Of a stretch of DNA of 32,000 bases, positions 26,842 through 32,000 are shown in pieces (position 1 is the stretch's first letter; every line of letters starts with the position of its first letter). Both the position numbers and the translations under genes were made by a program. The DNA comes from Haloferax volcanii DS2 (GTDB lineage: Archaea > Halobacteriota > Halobacteria > Halobacteriales > Haloferacaceae): contig NC_013967.1 in assembly GCF_000025685.1 (NCBI RefSeq), positions 1 through 32,000 on the forward strand, in the 5' to 3' direction. The notes beneath the pieces are model-generated. The model searched no databases and was not told the origin of the DNA. It saw only the letters and a program-made list of their open reading frames with translations.

Positions 26842-26973
26842 TGCTAGTTCGATTCGGTAGAATGTCACGAACCGGCCGACACGCCGGTCGTCGTCTGGGG
26901 TCGGGTCGTCACAGACCCGCGCCGGACTCGCCGCCGCCGATGGGTACAAACCCGAGACGGACATACGGGGCGT

Positions 26974-27573
26974 ATGTCCGAACTCCTCGACACCCTCCGC
27001 GACGACCACGAGACGCCGCTTTCCCGACTCGGCTCCTCGAAGGCGCTGTACGCCGTCACCGGCGGCGAGATGGACGGCGACGCGGTCCGCGCCGCGGCCG
27101 CCGCCGAGGCCGCGGCCGCCGCCGACCTGTTCGACTGGTGGGCAGACGACGAACCGAACGACGAGGCCGCCGCGCTGTTTTCGGACCTCGCCGACACCGC
27201 CCGGGAGCACGCCGAAACCGTCGGCGCGGAGTCCGACGGCTCGAAGCCGAACGTCTACGACGTGCTCGCCGAGTTCGAGACGACCGACGGCCGCCTCGGC
27301 GGCGCGCTCGCCCGCGCGCTCGTGTCGCTGAAGACCGTCGAGCAGATGGTCGGCTTCTTCGTCGGCGACGCGGACCCGATGGCCGCCAACGACTTCCGCA
27401 CGCTCAAATCCGATCTCAACGACCAACTCGACACGCTCGAAGCCGCCGTCTCCGACCTCGTCGACGACGACGCAGTCGCCCGCGAGGCCGCCGACGCGGT
27501 GGTCGAAGCCGCCTACGACGAGTACGTCGAGACGCTGGAAGGCATGGGCGTCAAGCCGAAGAACGTCTGCTAA
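26974..27573 (+). CDS. Acidic hypothetical protein
   Basis: 199 aa with high GC3. Predicted helical and Ala/Asp/Glu-rich. I recognise no motif. Confidence 0.75.
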   Translation: MSELLDTLRDDHETPLSRLGSSKALYAVTGGEMDGDAVRAAAAAEAAAAADLFDWWADDEPNDEAAALFSDLADTAREHAETVGAESDGSKPNVYDVLAEFETTDGRLGGALARALVSLKTVEQMVGFFVGDADPMAANDFRTLKSDLNDQLDTLEAAVSDLVDDDAVAREAADAVVEAAYDEYVETLEGMGVKPKNVC

Positions 27574-27579
27574 GCCCCC

Positions 27580-27612
27580 TTTTCACTCACAGAGGGTCGC
27601 CGTTGGCGACCC
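27580..27612 (+). terminator. T-run plus perfect GC hairpin downstream of the 26974-27573 gene
   Basis: TTTT at 27580-27583 is followed by GGGTCGCC(GTT)GGCGACCC at 27594-27612 (8-bp stem, 3-nt loop), starting 7 nt after the stop. Confidence 0.4.
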
Positions 27613-27796
27613 ACCCGGAGTAAACCGTCTCCGTGAACGGTAGCGGAACGACGGCTCGTGAGACGCAGCGCGCCTCACGGTGGGGAAAACAGCCGCGAGA
27701 CTCGACTTCGGCCTGGCTCGCTGTGCGTTATGCTCGGAACTTGTATCTTCGTTCGCCCAGTGCTGACAGCACCGACGCGCGGCGTATGTGAGTGAG

Positions 27797-27817
27797 TTCC
27801 AGTAGAAACGAGGGGGT
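27797..27817 (+). repeat. ORB-like box
   Basis: TTCCAGTAGAAACGAGGGGGT is 18/21 identical to the 11780 copy. It lies 14 nt beyond the stop of the minus-strand gene 27832-28101. Confidence 0.55.
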
Positions 27818-27831
27818 ATGTCCGCCGGTCG

Positions 27832-28101
27832 TCAGACGCCGGGGACGCCCTTGCGGTATTCGAGGACTTCGCTTCGGGCCTCGCGGACCGTCTCGGCCGC
27901 GTCGCCGTCGAGGTCCTCGGCGAGGTCGTGAAGGACCGTCATGTGCCGGGCGAGTCGCCCGTGGTCCGGCCCCTGCTCGCGCGTCGCCAGCGTCGCCAGC
28001 TGGTCGGACTGTTCGTAGAGTCGCTCCTGCACGTCGCCCTCGGTCGCCTCGGCGGCGTCCTTGAGCAGGTTGCTCGCGCGTTCGAGTTCGGCTCTCGTCA
28101 T
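27832..28101 (-). CDS. Small acidic helical hypothetical protein, divergent from uvrB
   Basis: 89 aa from ATG 28101 ([23 protein letters not shown]...), acidic with high GC3. The upstream part of track ORF 27832-28371 overlaps uvrB and is not gene-like. Confidence 0.6.
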   Translation of the reverse strand: MTRAELERASNLLKDAAEATEGDVQERLYEQSDQLATLATREQGPDHGRLARHMTVLHDLAEDLDGDAAETVREARSEVLEYRKGVPGV

Positions 28102-28189
28102 ACGGGAACGTTCGATAGCCCGCCACAAAACCGTTCCTCCGGCGACAAGCACCGCCTCGCTCAAGTACGCCGCGACCCAACGACGGGCA

Positions 28190-30286
28190 ATGAGCGAGTC
28201 CGGTCCCCTGTCCGCCGACAGACCCGACGCAGACCGCGAATTCCGCGTCGACGCCCCCTTCGACCCCGCGGGCGACCAACCCGAGGCAATCGAGGCGCTG
28301 GCCCGCGGCTTCCGCGAGGGTGCCGACGTACAGACCCTGCTCGGTGTCACCGGCTCCGGCAAGACCAACACCGTCTCGTGGGTGGTCGAGGAGATTCAGA
28401 AGCCGACGCTCGTCCTCGCGCACAACAAGACGCTCGCCGCCCAGTTGTACGAGGAGTTCAAGGGCCTCTTTCCCGACAACGCGGTCGAGTACTTCGTCTC
28501 CTACTACGACTACTACCAGCCCGAGGCGTACATCGAACAGACCGACACCTACATCGACAAGGACATGTCGATAAACGAGGAAATCGACCGGCTCCGCCAC
28601 TCCGCGACCCGGTCGCTTCTCACCCGCGACGACGTCATCGTCGTCGCCTCGGTGTCGGCCATCTACGGCCTCGGTGACCCGAAAAACTACACCGACATGT
28701 CCCTCCGGCTGGAGGTCGGCCAGGGGATGGACCGCGACGAACTGCTCCGCGCCCTCGTCGACCTCAACTACGAGCGCAACGACGTGGACTTCCGGCAGGG
28801 AACGTTCCGCGTCCGCGGCGACACTGTCGAGGTGTTCCCGATGTACGGCCGCTACGCCGTCCGCATCGAGTTCTGGGGCGACGAAATCGACCGCATGCTG
28901 AAGCTCGACCCGCTGGAGGGCGAGGTGAAGTCGTCGGAGCCGGCGGTGCTCGTCCACCCGGCGGAGCACTACTCCATCCCCGAAGAGCAGCTCGAAGGCG
29001 CAATCTCGGAAATCGAGGAACTGATGGAACAGCGGGTGAAGCACTTCCAGCGACAGGGCGACCTCGTGGCCGCCCAGCGCATCGAAGAGCGCACCACCTT
29101 CGACATCGAGATGCTCCGCGAGACGGGTCACTGCTCCGGCATCGAGAACTACTCGGTCCACCTCTCGGACCGCGAACCCGGCGACGCGCCCTACACGCTT
29201 CTGGACTACTTCCCCGACGACTTCCTCACCGTCATCGACGAGTCGCACGTCACGCTCCCGCAGATTAAGGGCCAGTACGCCGGCGACAAGTCCCGAAAGG
29301 ACTCGCTCGTCGAAAACGGCTTCCGCCTGCCGACGGCCTACGACAACCGCCCGCTCACCTTCGAGGAGTTCGAAGAGACCGTCGGGCAGACGCTTTTCGC
29401 CTCCGCGACGCCCGGCGACTACGAGCGCGAGCACTCCGACCAAATCGTCGAGCAAATCGTCCGGCCGACCCACCTCGTGGACCCGAAAGTCGAGGTGACG
29501 GAGGCGACCGGACAGGTCGACGACCTGATGGCCCGCATCGACGAGCGCATCGACCGCGACGAGCGCGTGCTCGTCACGACGCTCACGAAGCGGATGGCCG
29601 AAGACCTCACCGAGTACCTCGAAGAGGCCGGCGTCGACGTGGCCTACATGCACGACGAGACCGACACGCTCGAACGCCACGAACTCATCCGGTCGCTCCG
29701 CCTCGGCGACATCGACGTGCTCGTCGGCATCAACCTCCTCCGGGAGGGCCTCGACATCCCGGAGGTCTCGCTCGTCGCCATCCTCGACGCCGACCAGCAG
29801 GGCTTCCTGCGCTCCGAGACCACGCTCGTCCAGACGATGGGTCGCGCCGCCCGCAACGTCAACGGCGAGGTCGTGCTCTACGCCGACGAGATGACGGACG
29901 CGATGGAGGCAGCCATTTCCGAGACGCAGCGCCGCCGCCGCATCCAACAGGAGTTCAACGAGGAACACGGCTACACGCCGACGACCATCGAAAAGGAGGT
30001 CGGCGAGACGAACCTGCCGGGGAGCAAGACCGACACCCGCGGCGTCTCCGGCGACGAACCCGCCGACGCCGACGAGGCGGTGGAACAGATAGCCTTCCTC
30101 GAAGACCGGATGCAGGAGGCCGCCGACAACCTCGAGTTCGAACTCGCCGCCGACATCCGCGACCGCATCCAGAACCTCCGCCGCGAGTTCGACGTGGACG
30201 CGCTCGAAGACGGCGTCGCGCCCGAGTACCCCGACGAACACGACGGCGAGGCCGACGACGGCCTGACGCCCCCGGACGAGTTCTGA
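28190..30286 (+). CDS. uvrB: Excinuclease ABC subunit B
   Basis: 698 aa from ATG 28190. Walker A GVTGSGKT, beta-hairpin region [14 protein letters not shown] box, helicase motif [11 protein letters not shown] and a C-terminal UVR domain ([15 protein letters not shown]). Confidence 0.95.
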   Translation: MSESGPLSADRPDADREFRVDAPFDPAGDQPEAIEALARGFREGADVQTLLGVTGSGKTNTVSWVVEEIQKPTLVLAHNKTLAAQLYEEFKGLFPDNAVEYFVSYYDYYQPEAYIEQTDTYIDKDMSINEEIDRLRHSATRSLLTRDDVIVVASVSAIYGLGDPKNYTDMSLRLEVGQGMDRDELLRALVDLNYERNDVDFRQGTFRVRGDTVEVFPMYGRYAVRIEFWGDEIDRMLKLDPLEGEVKSSEPAVLVHPAEHYSIPEEQLEGAISEIEELMEQRVKHFQRQGDLVAAQRIEERTTFDIEMLRETGHCSGIENYSVHLSDREPGDAPYTLLDYFPDDFLTVIDESHVTLPQIKGQYAGDKSRKDSLVENGFRLPTAYDNRPLTFEEFEETVGQTLFASATPGDYEREHSDQIVEQIVRPTHLVDPKVEVTEATGQVDDLMARIDERIDRDERVLVTTLTKRMAEDLTEYLEEAGVDVAYMHDETDTLERHELIRSLRLGDIDVLVGINLLREGLDIPEVSLVAILDADQQGFLRSETTLVQTMGRAARNVNGEVVLYADEMTDAMEAAISETQRRRRIQQEFNEEHGYTPTTIEKEVGETNLPGSKTDTRGVSGDEPADADEAVEQIAFLEDRMQEAADNLEFELAADIRDRIQNLRREFDVDALEDGVAPEYPDEHDGEADDGLTPPDEF

Positions 30287-30292
30287 TCGGTC

Positions 30293-30712
30293 GTGTCCTC
30301 ACCACCGACCCTGACGTTCGCGGCCGGCGGGCTTCTCCGCCGCGACGACGGCCGACTCTGTCTCGTCCACCGGCCGCGCTACGACGACTGGTCGCTCCCG
30401 AAGGGGAAACTCGAACCCGGCGAGACGCTGGTCGAGACCGCCGTCAGAGAGGTCCGCGAGGAGACGAGATGCGAGGTCGACTGCGGCCGGTTCGCCGGGC
30501 GCTACGAGTACCGCGTTCCCGACGACGCGGGGACACGGAGCGGGCCGAAGGGCGTGTTCGTCTGGCACATGCGCGTCGTCGACGAGCACCAGTTCGAGCC
30601 CGACGCCGAGGTGGACGCGCGCCAGTGGGTTACCCCGGTCGAAGCCCTCCAACGGCTTACCTATGAGACCGAACGGGCGCTGGTCAGACGGGCGTTCGAA
30701 CTCAACGAGTGA
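30293..30712 (+). CDS. NUDIX hydrolase
   Basis: 139 aa. Nudix box GKLEPGETLVETAVREVREETRCEV (G-x5-E-x7-REUxEExGU). GTG start 6 nt after the uvrB stop. Confidence 0.85.
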   Translation: MSSPPTLTFAAGGLLRRDDGRLCLVHRPRYDDWSLPKGKLEPGETLVETAVREVREETRCEVDCGRFAGRYEYRVPDDAGTRSGPKGVFVWHMRVVDEHQFEPDAEVDARQWVTPVEALQRLTYETERALVRRAFELNE

Positions 30713-30719
30713 GCGCAGA

Positions 30720-30750
30720 TTTTGGATAGAAACACATGTTACTGGTTTTT
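30720..30750 (+). terminator. Two T-runs downstream of the uvrB-NUDIX unit
   Basis: TTTT at 30720-30723 and TTTTT at 30746-30750, directly after the NUDIX stop (30710-30712). Confidence 0.35.
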
Positions 30751-31120
30751 CGACGCGCGTCGGTGTGTGGTCCGTACCCAAATCAGTGGGTCGACATCAA
30801 GACTTATTACTCCGACTTCGCTATGCCCGTTCCACCGTGATCCGCACCTCGGCGGACGAGCCTGCAACCCACACCGTTCACCACGCCTACCCCAACGGAG
30901 GCATTACCTGAATGGTCCGCGGATTCGAGCACGGAGTGCTCGATAGTTCGGGCGACCACCGCACGCCGGCCCATCCGGCGTGCGACGCGGTCGCATCCTC
31001 GGGAGACGGTGAACACGCGCGGGTCGGTGCCGCTGATGACTCGGCGAACGGGCTGTTTTCGACGTGCCACTCCACGCGAGTGCAAGCGAACGCTACTGCG
31101 TACTGATAACAACGAGAACC

Positions 31121-32000
31121 ATGAGCTCTCAGTCTCTCAGTCACGTCCAGAAGTCGTTCCTGAAGTACCAACACATCCTCGTGTTCATCGCTCCCCTGCT
31201 GTTCCTCGCCTCGGTGTTCACCATGGCACCGACGCCGTCGGGTGTAGGCATGGAGTACTGGCTCCAGTACTGGTGGCTGTTCCCGGTGTTCCTCACCGGC
31301 GCGACCATCGTGAACACGGTCGGCATCAGCGGGTCGGCGCTCTTCGTCCCGTTCCTCATCTTCATCTTCCCCATCTTCGCGCACCCGCTCGACTCGTCGA
31401 CGCTGGTGAAAGTGGGCCTCATCAGCGAGGCGTTCGGCCTCTCCAGTTCGGCCGTCGCTTTCATCCAGTACGGCCTCGTCGACCGGCGACTGGCGCTGAC
31501 GCTCGTCGGCGGCTCGATTCCGTTCGTCGTCGGCGGCGCGCTCCTGTCGTTCGTCATCCCCGACGTGGTGTTCCACGCGCTGCTCGGAATCGCGCTGCTC
31601 GCCGCGTCCTACCTGCTGTTCAACGCCGACCTCGGCCACGACGAACCCGGCTCGTCGGACACCGACCACGCCGCGGCCACCGACGGCGGCACCGTCTCCG
31701 CGAGCCTCCCCAACGACCCCGGTAAGCTCGGTCCCGCGGGCGTCAACACGGCCGACGACGGGACCGTCACCCGCGTCGACCGCGACGGTGACGACTACAC
31801 CTACACCCGCGGCGGCTACCTGCGTCGCTTCGCCAATTACAGCGTCGGTGGGATGTTCCAGGGCCTCGCCGGCTTCGGTATCGGTGAACTCGGCATCATC
31901 TCGATGCTCGGCACGAAAGTCCCCGTTCGCGTCGCCATCGGCACGAACCACATCGTGGTCGCGCTGACCGCCATCTTGGCGTCGCTCGTCCACGTCTTCG
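31121..32000 (+). CDS. TauE/SafE (TSUP) family membrane permease, 3'-truncated by the window edge
   Basis: Not in the ORF track. I translated from ATG 31121 to 32000 and found no stop (293 codons) with strong GC3 bias. Hydrophobic repeats GATIVNTVGISGSALFVPFLIFIFP and GGMFQGLAGFGIGELGIISML resemble the two TSUP half-motifs, separated by an acidic Asp/Thr/Gly-rich loop. Confidence 0.7.
   Translation, partial: MSSQSLSHVQKSFLKYQHILVFIAPLLFLASVFTMAPTPSGVGMEYWLQYWWLFPVFLTGATIVNTVGISGSALFVPFLIFIFPIFAHPLDSSTLVKVGLISEAFGLSSSAVAFIQYGLVDRRLALTLVGGSIPFVVGGALLSFVIPDVVFHALLGIALLAASYLLFNADLGHDEPGSSDTDHAAATDGGTVSASLPNDPGKLGPAGVNTADDGTVTRVDRDGDDYTYTRGGYLRRFANYSVGGMFQGLAGFGIGELGIISMLGTKVPVRVAIGTNHIVVALTAILASLVHVF

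Noticed and set aside
27818-27931. 37-codon plus-strand ORF starting at the ATG directly after ORB-like box 27797-27817.
   Set aside because: The translation ([24 protein letters not shown]...) is basic and fully antisense to the acidic 89-aa gene. It is more likely non-coding, although an antisense transcript starting here remains possible.
31033-31106. C/D-box sRNA-like pattern (CTGATGA at 31033-31039 and CTGA at 31103-31106, 74 nt apart).
   Set aside because: There are no internal D'/C' boxes and no terminal stem, and the C box lacks the preferred purine before UGAUGA. These short motifs are expected by chance.
30912-31106. 64-aa plus-strand ORF (MVRGFEHGVLDSSGDH...) in the long gap after NUDIX.
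   Set aside because: Its codon bias is intermediate (about 73 percent G/C-ending codons). There is no recognisable motif and no promoter or Shine-Dalgarno geometry. I kept the region as a non-coding finding instead.

Overview
This is a high-GC window encoding very acidic proteins, so it is haloarchaeal and looks Haloferax-like. It opens inside a chromosomal replication origin and continues through core housekeeping DNA. The gene order is orc1, sec11, polD small subunit, OYE oxidoreductase, ZIP transporter, GNAT-like, aspartate kinase, tryptophanase, phosphoesterase, purO, tRNA-Gln, cgi121/hel308, ferredoxin, several conserved hypotheticals, a Tat-lipoprotein ABC importer, two divergent rhodaneses, an AtoE-like transporter, uvrB, NUDIX and a TauE-like permease. 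This order matches my recollection of the start of the Haloferax volcanii main chromosome; that is memory, not a search result. I call 32 CDS and one tRNA. Two CDS are absent from the ORF track: a 28-codon membrane micro-ORF, and a TauE/SafE-like gene that runs off the right edge. I see no transposase, integrase, CRISPR array, rRNA or recognisable defence genes. Most long track ORFs lying opposite these genes are high-GC mirror ORFs, and several track ORFs carry spurious N-terminal extensions because the track allows GTG/TTG starts. The most interesting signal is a family of 21-nt boxes resembling archaeal origin recognition boxes, consensus yTCCAGTnGAAACGrAGGGGT. One copy sits on the orc1 core promoter. 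Five more are dispersed as far as 27.8 kb away: four in 3' intergenic regions and one inside polD1. One dispersed copy forms a long hairpin downstream of tRNA-Gln. Smaller observations are a 36-codon ORF bridging the ABC permease and ATPase with 4-nt overlaps at both ends, a KaiC/RecA-like protein with a degenerate P-loop, an AT-rich island at a divergent promoter, a palindrome over a start codon, and two unusually long non-coding gaps. All functional calls rest on motifs read by eye; none was confirmed by a database search.
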